Origin: Minisyncoccota bacterium
GTDB taxonomy: Bacteria; Patescibacteriota; Minisyncoccia; 2-02-FULL-40-12; IGHO2-01-FULL-4-A
DNA length: 64,000 nt
Assembly: GCA_040881175.1 (NCBI GenBank)
Contig: JBBEDS010000014.1
Location: forward strand, 23,174 to 87,173
Reading direction: 5' to 3'
Shown: one piece after another, positions 19,307 to 28,600 of the stretch
Layout: each line of letters begins with the position of its first letter
Numbering within the stretch: the first letter of the stretch is position 1
Notes under the pieces: generated by a model
Database searches by the model: none
What the model was told of the DNA's origin: nothing
Seen by the model: only the letters and a program-made list of their open reading frames with translations
Made by a program: the position numbers and the translations under genes

Positions 19307-19940
19307 AAAACAAGCGGCACAGCCGCAAACAACTAAAGACTTCGTCCAGATATCAGAAATTCGTGATAACATAGTAGTTCTTAAAGATGGCTCTCTGAGG
19401 TCTCTTATTGAAGTCGGGTCAATAAACTTTGAGTTAAAGTCTGCCGATGAGCAGGCGGCTATAATCCAAGGTTTTCAGGGATTTCTAAATTCGATAGATT
19501 TCCCTCTTCAAATCATGATCAACTCTAGGAAATTAGACATTGAACCATACGTAAAATCCCTTGAAGACTTGAGTCAGAGTCTTAAGAACGAGCTTCTGAA
19601 GATTCAGGCAGCTGAATATACTAGGTTCATAAAAGGCCTCACCGAACTGACTAATATCATGGCTAAGAAATTTTACATAATAGTTCCTTTCTATGTTATA
19701 GAAAATGCGGTCAAAACTCCTGGAGGATTCTTCGGAGCAATAAAGGGTGCCATAATCCCTTCGAAGGCTGAGAAAAAGATAACTGATGAAGAGTTGGAAA
19801 ACTACAAGGTGCAGCTCACCCAGAGGACAGATATAGTATATGGCGGCCTAAGCGGTCTTGGACTACAAATGAGAGTTTTATCAAAAAATGAACTTATGAA
19901 TATGTTTTATTCATATTATAACCCCGGTTCGCATCTATAA
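19296..19940 (+). CDS. VirB4/PrgJ-like ATPase, N-terminal domain encoded as separate ORF
   Basis: VQISEIRDNIVVLKDGSLRSLIEVGSINFELKSADEQAAIIQGFQGFLNSIDFPLQIMINSRKLDIEPYV matches conserved N-terminal region of Gram-positive VirB4 homologues; stop overlaps next start (TAATG). Confidence 0.65.
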   Translation: MAAKKQAAQPQTTKDFVQISEIRDNIVVLKDGSLRSLIEVGSINFELKSADEQAAIIQGFQGFLNSIDFPLQIMINSRKLDIEPYVKSLEDLSQSLKNELLKIQAAEYTRFIKGLTELTNIMAKKFYIIVPFYVIENAVKTPGGFFGAIKGAIIPSKAEKKITDEELENYKVQLTQRTDIVYGGLSGLGLQMRVLSKNELMNMFYSYYNPGSHL

Positions 19941-21700
19941 TGGCTGAGGAGATAACAGAACAACAAGGTAAGCTTACAGATGACCTACTAGCGCCCTCGG
20001 CTATAAATATTTCGTCTAGTAATATCCAAATCGGCAGCCAGTATGCACGAACGCTTTTTGTAGTTACATATCCAAGATATTTAAACACAAACTGGTTCTC
20101 TCCGATAATAAATCTAGATAGGCCTCTTGATATAGCAATCTACGTACATCCCCAGAATACGGCGACCATTCTGAAACAATTGCGGGATCGACTTGGCAGA
20201 TTTGAGGCGCAGGCGATGGAAGAGCAAGCGTCGGGCAAGGTCAGAGATCCCATTCTTGAAACAGCTATCCATGATATTGAAGTCTTAAGAGATCGTCTTC
20301 AGCAAGGCACTGATAGGTTCTTTGAGCTAGGCTTATATATAACAATCTATGGAGACTCCACCAAAGAACTCGATGAAACGGAGAATAAGATAAAGACTGT
20401 CATGGACGCCCAGCTTGTATATACAAAACCTGCCACCTTTCGTATGAAAGAAGGCTTCTTCTCTACAATGCCTCTTAACGACGACCAATTGAATGTTCAT
20501 ACCTCTCTTAACACCGAGCCGATATCATCGATATTCCCATTCGTCTCATACGATCTGACTACAGAGAAGGGGATACTCTATGGAATAAACAGCCATAATA
20601 ATTCTCTAGTTCTTTTCGACCGTTTTGACTTGGAAAATGCAAATATGGTCATCTTCGGTAAATCTGGAGGCGGTAAAAGTTATACGGTAAAACTTGAGAT
20701 ACTGAGAAGTTTAATGTTTGGGGCTCAAATATTTGTCATTGATCCTGAGAATGAATATAAGTTCTTATCAGATACGGTAGGAGGAACCACTGTTAAAATA
20801 TCCATAACCTCAGATAACCATATCAATCCTTTTGACTTACCTAAACCGCTGGAGGACGAGAGCTCCGCAGACGTTCTGCGTTCACATGTAGTTAACCTGG
20901 TCGGTCTCTTTAAGCTGATGTTCGGCGCATTAACACCCGAGGAGGAGGCAATTCTGGATGAGGCAATCACTCAAACATACGCGATAAAAGACATTACGCC
21001 AGGTACTCTTGATTTCAGTAACATCACTCCTCCTTTAATGTCTGACCTACAGAGCATACTTGAGGGAATGACCGGGACCGAGTCTCTTATTATCAGGATT
21101 AAGAAGTACACGGAGGGAAGCTACTCGGGATTCCTCAATAGTCCGACAGATGTTCAGCTGAACAACCAACTCGTAGCTTTTAGCATCAGAGATATGGAAG
21201 AAGAGTTACGACCTATAGCTATGTACCTTGTCCTTAACTTCATATGGACACAGGTTAGAGCTGAGCTGAGGAAGAGATTGTTGGTAGTAGACGAAGCCTG
21301 GGTTCTAATGAAGCATGATGCCGGAGCGCAGTTCCTTTTCAACGTCGCCAAACGCGCCCGCAAATACTTCTTAGGACTCACAACTATATCACAGGACATC
21401 CCTGACTTCATGGCTTCCCCTTACGGGAAACCAATCGTTACCAACTCCTCGTTACAGCTGCTACTAAAGCAGTCTCCAGCCTCCATTGATCTGGTACAAA
21501 AAACGTTCAATCTCACCGATGCTGAAAAATTCTTCTTGCTAGAATCTCAGGTTGGGCATGGTTTATTCTTCGCTGGTTCAAATCACGTTGCCTTAAGAGT
21601 TATTGCATCCTACGCAGAGGACCAAATTATAACCTCTGACCCTAGGCAGATACTCGAGATAGAGGAAGCAAAGAGGCAGCTTGAACAGAACGGAAGTTAA
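19940..21700 (+). CDS. VirB4/TrbE/CagE-family (DUF87/AAA_10) T4SS ATPase, core and C-terminal ATPase domain
   Basis: LLAPSAINISSSNIQIGSQYARTLFVVTYPRYLNTNWFSPIINLDRPLDIAIYVHP core; Walker A VIFGKSGGGKSYTVK; Walker B LLVVDEAW; length A+B about 800 aa equals full VirB4. Confidence 0.8.
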   Translation: MAEEITEQQGKLTDDLLAPSAINISSSNIQIGSQYARTLFVVTYPRYLNTNWFSPIINLDRPLDIAIYVHPQNTATILKQLRDRLGRFEAQAMEEQASGKVRDPILETAIHDIEVLRDRLQQGTDRFFELGLYITIYGDSTKELDETENKIKTVMDAQLVYTKPATFRMKEGFFSTMPLNDDQLNVHTSLNTEPISSIFPFVSYDLTTEKGILYGINSHNNSLVLFDRFDLENANMVIFGKSGGGKSYTVKLEILRSLMFGAQIFVIDPENEYKFLSDTVGGTTVKISITSDNHINPFDLPKPLEDESSADVLRSHVVNLVGLFKLMFGALTPEEEAILDEAITQTYAIKDITPGTLDFSNITPPLMSDLQSILEGMTGTESLIIRIKKYTEGSYSGFLNSPTDVQLNNQLVAFSIRDMEEELRPIAMYLVLNFIWTQVRAELRKRLLVVDEAWVLMKHDAGAQFLFNVAKRARKYFLGLTTISQDIPDFMASPYGKPIVTNSSLQLLLKQSPASIDLVQKTFNLTDAEKFFLLESQVGHGLFFAGSNHVALRVIASYAEDQIITSDPRQILEIEEAKRQLEQNGS

Positions 21701-21701
21701 C

Positions 21702-22361
21702 ATGCCCAGTTACACTGAAGAACAATACGCAAGTGGCCTTAGCATTGCTAGGACACGAAAAGAGCTCGTAGAAGTACAGTCAGAAGCAGATCGAGTCGTC
21801 AAACCACCTTCGGGTGTGTTGTACTTCTTTTTATATGGCTTCTCCATAATAGGAGATATAATTGACTTGGCAGATTTTACCGGAGTCGGCGCCGCTGTCT
21901 CTTTCGTAGTCGATATCTTTATCGGTATAATTCTATTTTTCGCCGGCCGAGCCGCCAGAAACAGAATCGAAACCATGAATAAGTTTCAAGACGAGATTCA
22001 TGGACACATCCAAAACATAGAAAGAAGGGTTGTTTCCCTTAGAAATAACTATGTGCGAGCAATAAAGATATCTCGCAAGATAAAACCCCTAAGAAAACCT
22101 GTACGCAAATTAGTGCTTCGCGTTTCAAAACTGCGCAAAAGCATTGCAAGAAATCCGATGACAAGAACAATGATTGCCGTAGTGGCTGACCTAATCCCTT
22201 TCCTAGGCATCATACCTTGGCGAACTATCAATATATACCTGATGAAGCGCGATGAGATGCGTGCATTTCAAGAAGCACAGGAGATGCTACCAGAATATGA
22301 GGCTGCCCGAGAAGAAGAGATGGCAGAGGCTAACCAGCTATCTGAGGCTCAATCCTACTAG
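21702..22361 (+). CDS. hypothetical membrane protein (about 220 aa, 2-3 TM)
   Basis: ATG one nt after VirB4 stop; hydrophobic GVLYFFLYGFSIIGDII..IFIGIILFFAG segments. Confidence 0.45.
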   Translation: MPSYTEEQYASGLSIARTRKELVEVQSEADRVVKPPSGVLYFFLYGFSIIGDIIDLADFTGVGAAVSFVVDIFIGIILFFAGRAARNRIETMNKFQDEIHGHIQNIERRVVSLRNNYVRAIKISRKIKPLRKPVRKLVLRVSKLRKSIARNPMTRTMIAVVADLIPFLGIIPWRTINIYLMKRDEMRAFQEAQEMLPEYEAAREEEMAEANQLSEAQSY

Positions 22362-22363
22362 AT

Positions 22364-23446
22364 ATGAGTAATAAAATAACTATACTATTACTATTCGTAC
22401 TTGCGGCATTTGCTGCCTTTTTAGGCGGTTACTTCCTTAGCCATAAGTCAGTCGTCGACACCTCTCCACAACAAGGACTTTTAAATAATACCCTCGTGTC
22501 TAGATTTAAGGAGTCTCCCGAGAAATACTCGGCACCGGTCGGACTATTTACCATTTCAAGAGAAAAAGCATCCTTCCCTTATTTGGCCAAAAGCGGCAAA
22601 GACGTACTTTACTATTATCCTAGCAGGGGAGAGGTCAGGTCTTCCGCCATAGAAGGCTCCGGGAATAATTCTGCTCTTGTCGCCACTATTAAACCGGGCG
22701 CATTAGATATACAGTGGTCTTCTGAGAGTAAGTTACTGGCCACCTATGTAGATGGCAACATCCTATACGACCTATCATCTGGCTCTTCAAAAGAACTCGA
22801 CAAAGATCTGGTTAGTCCGTCCTTCTCAAATCCAGGAGCCCATGTTGTCTACAATAGGCTAACCCCGGGTGCAACGGGAGGAGATATAAGAATTTCTGAC
22901 GCAGACTTCACTAATTTTAAGACACTACTGTCTACACGAATTGCTTCTTGGGATTTAGGCTGGATAGATAATGACAATATATATCTGCTAAAACAGCCAA
23001 CGTTAATCAACCAGCAAAGTTCTCTTTTAACACTGGGCGTAGAAACCAAAAAGCTAAGTAGTATTCTAGGGGATAAAAAAGACCTGCAGGTTAGCTGGTC
23101 TCCTGACGGACAAAAACTTCTCTATTCTTACGTGAGCAACAGCGCCGAAAGAGAGCTTTATGTAATGACTCTCTCCGATAAAAACTCCGAATTATTAGAC
23201 CTCGGTATCGTTGCTTCACAATGCGTATGGAGCATCGACAATAAAACTGTATTTTGCGGAAGTGGGAACTCTTTCTTTAGTCTAGATACCTCCATCACAA
23301 GACCAGAGCATACTAGAATAACAAGTCTGGGCAGAGATACTTTCAATATCTCTGTTATAAACCCGCTTCTTACTAGCTCGGAAGCTTATGTTGTATTCAT
23401 AAATGACCAGGACGGTAAGCTCTACGGCTTGAGTTTGGACAAGTAG
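22364..23446 (+). CDS. membrane-anchored beta-propeller (TolB/PD40-like) protein
   Basis: N-terminal TM; repeated DG-x-x-L-x-Y/SWSPDGQKLLYSY motifs reminiscent of PD40/WD40-like propeller blades. Confidence 0.45.
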   Translation: MSNKITILLLFVLAAFAAFLGGYFLSHKSVVDTSPQQGLLNNTLVSRFKESPEKYSAPVGLFTISREKASFPYLAKSGKDVLYYYPSRGEVRSSAIEGSGNNSALVATIKPGALDIQWSSESKLLATYVDGNILYDLSSGSSKELDKDLVSPSFSNPGAHVVYNRLTPGATGGDIRISDADFTNFKTLLSTRIASWDLGWIDNDNIYLLKQPTLINQQSSLLTLGVETKKLSSILGDKKDLQVSWSPDGQKLLYSYVSNSAERELYVMTLSDKNSELLDLGIVASQCVWSIDNKTVFCGSGNSFFSLDTSITRPEHTRITSLGRDTFNISVINPLLTSSEAYVVFINDQDGKLYGLSLDK

Positions 23447-23450
23447 CTCT

Positions 23451-24902
23451 TTACTCAACCTCTGTCTTTGTCGGTATGTCAGAAGGTGACTCTGGCTTTT
23501 TTAGAGATACGATATCTCTAAGTTCTTTCGTGGAGAAACCCCTGAAGAGAAATAGGGCAGGGACATATGAGAGTGTGGCTACCGAAGCCAGGACAAAGTT
23601 TCCTCTAAGTGGGTAAACTATGGCTGCCATGACAAGCGTGGCTAGCATCGCCCGAAAGAATACCCCCAGCTCAGCCGATGCGGCTGATTCTTTTTTAATA
23701 AGCCAGAACATCCAGATCGTAATTAATATTTCTGTAACTACAGTAGTCCAGGCGGCAGCGAAATATGTATACTTAGGAATCAAAATAATGTTTAGCCCGG
23801 CATTAAATATGGCACCGGCTAAGTAAACCCACATGCCTTTCTTCTGAATATTAAGAGCAACTATTGAGTTGCCTCCTAAATTACCGAAGAAAATAACAAA
23901 GACTGCAATACTCAAAATCTGCAAGACAGGACCTGACTCAATGAACCCGGCTCCTCCTACCAAGCCGACTAGTTTATCTGAAAGAAGAAAAATATATGCC
24001 GTCATCGGCAAAGCCATAACTGCTAACACATTGAATGCTCTGCGGAATACTTTAATAAACTTTTCTTTATTCTCAAAAGCATGCCTTGATAATAGTGGCA
24101 TCATCAGCCCTATGAACGCAGCCGGCAGAAAGATAACGGCCTCCAGCATCTTATACGGAACGGCGTAAACTCCGACATCATAGGCTGGCTTCATGATTGA
24201 TAACAGCAATAGATCTAGCCTGAAGTAAATTAATACAAATATAAGGGAAGCGGCTATAGGAAATGCTATCTTCATTACCTCCTTCCAGTAGCTAACATCT
24301 ATCATTAGCTTCACCTTAGTTAACGGTTTTGAGAAACGATAGATCAAGAAAAAGTGAACCACCTCTGTAATAACTACGGCCCAAACGAACAAAAGCAGAG
24401 AAGCCCCCATCTTGAATATAATAAGTAGCAGTGCTAGCTGGACTAGCCTAGCGATAATGTCGGAAATAGAGATAAAGTAGAGCCTCAGGTGCTTTTGAAA
24501 TATCCCAGTTAAAACCTGGGATAGCGAAGAGAAAATAGTGAAGAGAGATGCGATCAGGACTCCTAGCTTAACCGAAAGAGTATAGGGCATGAAGAAGACA
24601 AGCAAGTCGGCCACTACTACTACGGAGATGACTGCAAGCAGTCTTAGTGTAAATATTTTACTAGAAATAATCGACTCTTTGTCCGGCCCTACCTTGGAAA
24701 CCTCCCTAACTAACACGGTGTAGAGTCCAAGGTCTGCAATAGCAGTGAATATGTACAAGTATGCAAAAATTGAATTGTAGTAACCAAAGCCGGTTGGTCC
24801 TAAAGACCTGGTTAAAACACCCACTACGACCAGACTAATAATCCCGACTGCTAGCCGGGACAAAACAGCGATTCCAAAGTTATAGGAGATTTTTTGTATC
24901 AA
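23451..24902 (-). CDS. MOP-superfamily flippase (Wzx/MurJ-like polysaccharide or lipid II flippase)
   Basis: 483 aa, about 14 TM helices, typical polysaccharide biosynthesis protein architecture. Confidence 0.7.
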   Translation of the reverse strand: MIQKISYNFGIAVLSRLAVGIISLVVVGVLTRSLGPTGFGYYNSIFAYLYIFTAIADLGLYTVLVREVSKVGPDKESIISSKIFTLRLLAVISVVVVADLLVFFMPYTLSVKLGVLIASLFTIFSSLSQVLTGIFQKHLRLYFISISDIIARLVQLALLLIIFKMGASLLLFVWAVVITEVVHFFLIYRFSKPLTKVKLMIDVSYWKEVMKIAFPIAASLIFVLIYFRLDLLLLSIMKPAYDVGVYAVPYKMLEAVIFLPAAFIGLMMPLLSRHAFENKEKFIKVFRRAFNVLAVMALPMTAYIFLLSDKLVGLVGGAGFIESGPVLQILSIAVFVIFFGNLGGNSIVALNIQKKGMWVYLAGAIFNAGLNIILIPKYTYFAAAWTTVVTEILITIWMFWLIKKESAASAELGVFFRAMLATLVMAAIVYPLRGNFVLASVATLSYVPALFLFRGFSTKELRDIVSLKKPESPSDIPTKTEVE

Positions 24903-24924
24903 GGAGGGTTAGCCGCTGGTCAGC

Positions 24925-25416
24925 TTAGAACTGTTCCAGCTGGGGCTTCACAATTATTCTTCGTCTTGGCTCCTGTCCTATGCTCTCAGTTTGAATCTCC
25001 TTGTTAGCAGCGAGTTCTGTATGCACTAACCGTCTTTCGTAAGAGCTCATCGGCAGTAACGCCTCCGCCCTTCTTGTTTGAATAACTCTTTGGGCAGCAT
25101 CTTTAGCTAAGCCGACTAAATAATTAGTTCTTGATTTTCGATAGTCGTTGACGTCAATTATAAAATTAAAGTCGGCACCATTTATATCTAACTTTCTAGT
25201 AGCGACGAGTCGTATGATGTGTTCAAAGGCACTAAGATTCTGTCCGTTTTTTCCAATAAGCATGCTCAAATCATTATCTGACTCAACCGATACCGTAGAG
25301 AATCTATTCTCAGTGGAGTCGTTCTCAATAAACTTAACATCACCGTCAAAACCAACCTTATTTAAAAGCTCTTTCGTAATTTGAACTATTTTGTTTTTAT
25401 CGGTATCGGTGGCCAT
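24925..25416 (-). CDS. jag: Jag/KhpB-like RNA-binding protein (KH + R3H domains)
   Basis: C-terminal R3H motif (RRLVHTELAANKEIQTESIGQEPRRRIIV) and position downstream of yidC; start set at MATDTDK to avoid overlap with yidC. Confidence 0.7.
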   Translation of the reverse strand: MATDTDKNKIVQITKELLNKVGFDGDVKFIENDSTENRFSTVSVESDNDLSMLIGKNGQNLSAFEHIIRLVATRKLDINGADFNFIIDVNDYRKSRTNYLVGLAKDAAQRVIQTRRAEALLPMSSYERRLVHTELAANKEIQTESIGQEPRRRIIVKPQLEQF

Positions 25417-25426
25417 TGTCTTAAGT

Positions 25427-26140
25427 TTACGAATTATGCCTATATTTCTTGTTAATGTATAGCTGTTCGAATATTGAGAACATGGTTGTAACAACCCAAT
25501 AAAGAACAAGTCCGGCTGGCAAATTCCAAGCAATAATTATAACCATGACCGGGAAAAAATACAACATTTGCTTATTCATTTTGAATGCTTGTGACTCTTG
25601 TTCTCCGGGTGAGCTTGGTGCCTGGAAAGCTGCGGCCTGCTTAGATTGGAACCATTGTAGGACTCCCGCGGTAATGGCAAGCGCAGGGGTCTTCTCGGCA
25701 AGATTTATAAAACCCAAAGCCATCTCTTTGATATGCCCGGGGTTAGTAATGAATGCATAGAGCATATCAAGGCTACCCGGCTGGAATCCCGACCTTAAAG
25801 CACTATACAGAGCCAAGAGTACGGGTAGTTGTATTAGTATCGGCAAACAGCCACTAAATGGATTGATGTTGTGCTCTTTGTATAGGGCCATTGTAGCTTG
25901 CCCCAGTGCCTGCTTATCATTCTTGTGTTTATCTTGAAGCTGCTTGATCTTCGGTTGCAACTTACTCAGTGCCCTTTGAGACACTAAAGCCTTGATAGAC
26001 AGGGGCGTAAAAGCAAATCGGATTATAATCGTGAGTATAATAATGGCGAGACCAAAATCAGTCCAAGGAATTGTGTTGTAAATAAAGACTAAGAGATTGA
26101 ATATTGGTCTTAGAAGAGCTTGATTATAAATTTCTATCAT
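25427..26140 (-). CDS. yidC: membrane protein insertase YidC (short Gram-positive-type)
   Basis: 237 aa, 5 TM, conserved LPILIQLPVLLALY and NLPAGLVLYWVV motifs. Confidence 0.85.
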   Translation of the reverse strand: MIEIYNQALLRPIFNLLVFIYNTIPWTDFGLAIIILTIIIRFAFTPLSIKALVSQRALSKLQPKIKQLQDKHKNDKQALGQATMALYKEHNINPFSGCLPILIQLPVLLALYSALRSGFQPGSLDMLYAFITNPGHIKEMALGFINLAEKTPALAITAGVLQWFQSKQAAAFQAPSSPGEQESQAFKMNKQMLYFFPVMVIIIAWNLPAGLVLYWVVTTMFSIFEQLYINKKYRHNS

Positions 26141-26149
26141 AATAAATGT

Positions 26150-26386
26150 TTAAGCTAGGTCCACTCCTCCTTTAGAAAAAGGATTGCACCTAAAGATTCT
26201 TTTAACTCCTCTGGCTCCTCCGCCTACGATACCATATTTTTCAATAGCATCATGCGTGTACTGTGAACAAGAAGGGTAAAAACGGCAACGAAGGAAGCTA
26301 CCACTAAAAATAAATCCATGATCGGGAGATAATGTTTTCTGATACATCCTAATTATATTCAATACAATCTTTTTCATGCTTGCCAA
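26150..26386 (-). CDS. yidD: membrane protein insertion efficiency factor YidD
   Basis: [40 protein letters not shown] matches YidD/hemolytic domain. Confidence 0.8.
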   Translation of the reverse strand: MASMKKIVLNIIRMYQKTLSPDHGFIFSGSFLRCRFYPSCSQYTHDAIEKYGIVGGGARGVKRIFRCNPFSKGGVDLA

Positions 26387-26395
26387 AAGTTTAAA

Positions 26396-26740
26396 TTAGT
26401 TGCGATTCTCATTGACATAAAGATTATTAATTGTTTCCTTCAAATCTCTCTTGATTTCTTTGTTCAGCTTGCCTACGATGGTTGGAGTAGCGGTAATCAC
26501 TATATCGAAAGGAGTCCTGAGCTTCATCTCTCCCAAGGTTTCAGTGATAATTCTTTTCAAGCTATTGCGCAAGGTGCTTTTCTTGGAAACTTTGACGGGT
26601 ATGGCTACGGCCGCCCGCATATATCCGCTATTGTTTTCTAAAAACTTAATAAAGAAAAAACTGTGTCTTACAGTTTTTCCTACTTTCAAAACACGGCTAA
26701 TGTCTTTTTTATCTAGACGGTATTTGCGGGCCAAAGCCAT
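26396..26740 (-). CDS. rnpA: ribonuclease P protein component
   Basis: 114 aa basic protein, RNRLKRxIRE-like motif (RNSLKRIITE), conserved position. Confidence 0.8.
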   Translation of the reverse strand: MALARKYRLDKKDISRVLKVGKTVRHSFFFIKFLENNSGYMRAAVAIPVKVSKKSTLRNSLKRIITETLGEMKLRTPFDIVITATPTIVGKLNKEIKRDLKETINNLYVNENRN

Positions 26741-26742
26741 GG

Positions 26743-26880
26743 TTAAATCGATAGCTTCTTGCGACCCTTGGCTCTGCGTCTTGAAAGGACCTTCTTGCCG
26801 TTTCTTGTTTCAGAACGTTTAAGAAATCCGTGTTTCTTCTTTCTTTTCTTCTTCTTTGGTCTGTACGTGGTGATTTTCAT
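26743..26880 (-). CDS. rpmH: 50S ribosomal protein L34 (not in ORF track, below 60 aa)
   Basis: Minus-strand [48 protein letters not shown], canonical L34 sequence, stop 2 nt before rnpA start. Confidence 0.8.
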   Translation of the reverse strand: MKITTYRPKKKKRKKKHGFLKRSETRNGKKVLSRRRAKGRKKLSI

Positions 26881-26945
26881 AGACAAACCTTAGCAATTTT
26901 TTAGCGAAAAGTCAATTTAGAAAAAGGCCATAGACTATCAACTTT

Positions 26946-26965
26946 TTATACACACCTTATCAACG
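26946..26965. promoter_or_regulatory. two adjacent DnaA-box-like 9-mers (TTATACACA, TTATCAACG) upstream of dnaA
   Basis: 8/9 and 7/9 matches to TTATCCACA in rpmH-dnaA intergenic region. Confidence 0.4.
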
Positions 26966-27010
26966 AAATCGCATTTTTGAAACGTTTACAGTTACATTAT
27001 ACTTTACTCT

Positions 27011-28378
27011 ATGACTAACGAAGAACTCTGGAAATCAGTACTCAATGAGATGGAGTTATCTCTCTCAAGAGCTAACTTTACTACCTGGTTTAAAGGTACC
27101 TCGTTATTGTCTAACAACAACGGAGCCATCCTGGTTAGCGTTCCTAATGGCTTCGTTAAAGAATGGCTGGAAAACAAGTTTGGAAAGCAGATCTGTCAGA
27201 TTATAAGAAAAGTAGATCCTGAGATAAGGGAAGTTAAATACACTGTAGGCGGCATCCGTGCTGGTCAGCCTTTGCAAAAGAAAGATCTGGTTCAATTCGC
27301 TCCCGAGAAAACAGTTGAGGACTACCAAGATACTGATATAGACAAATCAACTAATCTTAATAAGCGCTACTCCTTTGATTCTTTTATTGTAGGTTCTAAC
27401 AATGAGCTAGCTCACGCAGCCTCCATAGCTATTACCAAAAACCTAGGCAAAGTCTATAACCCTCTCTTTCTATACGGTGGGGTTGGCCTTGGAAAGACTC
27501 ATCTTCTCCAAGCTGCTGGAAATATAGTTGCTGAAACCTGGCCGGATAAGAAAATCTTGTACATCTCCTCCGAAAGACTCACGGCTGATATTGTTGAGTC
27601 TCTTAAAAACAAAACTATTGAGGATATGAAACAACGTTACTCAAAGATAGATTTATTAATTATAGACGACATTCAGTTTATAGCTGGCAAAGAAAGAACT
27701 CAGGATATATTCTTCACTACATTCAATGAGCTCTACGGCAAGAATAAACAGATAGTCCTGTCCTCAGATAGGCCTCCAAGCGCCATTCCTGCCCTTGAGG
27801 AGCGTTTACGCTCTCGATTTGAGGGTGGGATGATAGCGGACATAGGTACTCCAGATTACGAGACCCGTTTAGCTATACTTAAGCTAAAATGTAAGGAGAA
27901 GAATTTCGAGATAGATGGTAACTCTCTCTCATATATAGCCTCCAATATTCAGAAGAATATACGTGAACTAGAGGGAGCTCTTAACCGTATAATCGCTTTT
28001 GGTCAGATATATAACAAAACTCCTGATTTTAAGGAGGTTAAAAAGCTTCTAGCTGCCTATCTGAATACTCCATATAGAAAGACGACTCACCAGCTTATCT
28101 TAAAATCAGTAGCAGACTTCTATGGCGTTCCTTTAACCGACCTAGTTAAAAGGAGCCGCAAGAAAGAGATTGTTAAACCAAGGCAGATAGCAATGTTCTT
28201 GCTAAGAGAGGAGACCAAATCCTCTTTCCCTGAGATTGGATCCAAATTAGGAGGTAGAGATCACTCCACTGTAATTCATGCTTATGAGAAGATAAGGAGA
28301 GAAGAGGAGGAGAATGAGTCTACAAAACAGGAATTACTTTTGATCAAAGAAAGAATTTATCAGACATTCGATAGTTGA
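27011..28378 (+). CDS. dnaA: chromosomal replication initiator protein DnaA
   Basis: N-terminal domain I, AAA+ GGVGLGKTHLLQAAGN, sensor and C-terminal DNA-binding domain (HSTVIHAYEKI). Confidence 0.95.
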   Translation: MTNEELWKSVLNEMELSLSRANFTTWFKGTSLLSNNNGAILVSVPNGFVKEWLENKFGKQICQIIRKVDPEIREVKYTVGGIRAGQPLQKKDLVQFAPEKTVEDYQDTDIDKSTNLNKRYSFDSFIVGSNNELAHAASIAITKNLGKVYNPLFLYGGVGLGKTHLLQAAGNIVAETWPDKKILYISSERLTADIVESLKNKTIEDMKQRYSKIDLLIIDDIQFIAGKERTQDIFFTTFNELYGKNKQIVLSSDRPPSAIPALEERLRSRFEGGMIADIGTPDYETRLAILKLKCKEKNFEIDGNSLSYIASNIQKNIRELEGALNRIIAFGQIYNKTPDFKEVKKLLAAYLNTPYRKTTHQLILKSVADFYGVPLTDLVKRSRKKEIVKPRQIAMFLLREETKSSFPEIGSKLGGRDHSTVIHAYEKIRREEEENESTKQELLLIKERIYQTFDS

Positions 28379-28600
28379 TAAGTATGTGTATATACCTGTG
28401 AAATTAATGGTTATAAATTATTGATAAAAATTGGATAAGTCTAATTCTAAAAAAAATAAGATAATATTAACAAGTTTATAACAAATTAATTAACATACTT
28501 ATCTACAGCTTACTAAATAACTTCTACCGCAAAAAATATAGTTACTAATAATCTTTTACCACTTATACACACCTCTTATTATTACTAATTAATTATATAT
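28379..28600. other. putative oriC: AT-rich (about 80% AT) dnaA-dnaN intergenic region with DnaA boxes TTATCTACA, TTATACACA, TGGATAAG
   Basis: seen in sequence: 222-nt AT-rich spacer with at least 3 near-consensus DnaA boxes between dnaA and dnaN. Confidence 0.5.
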
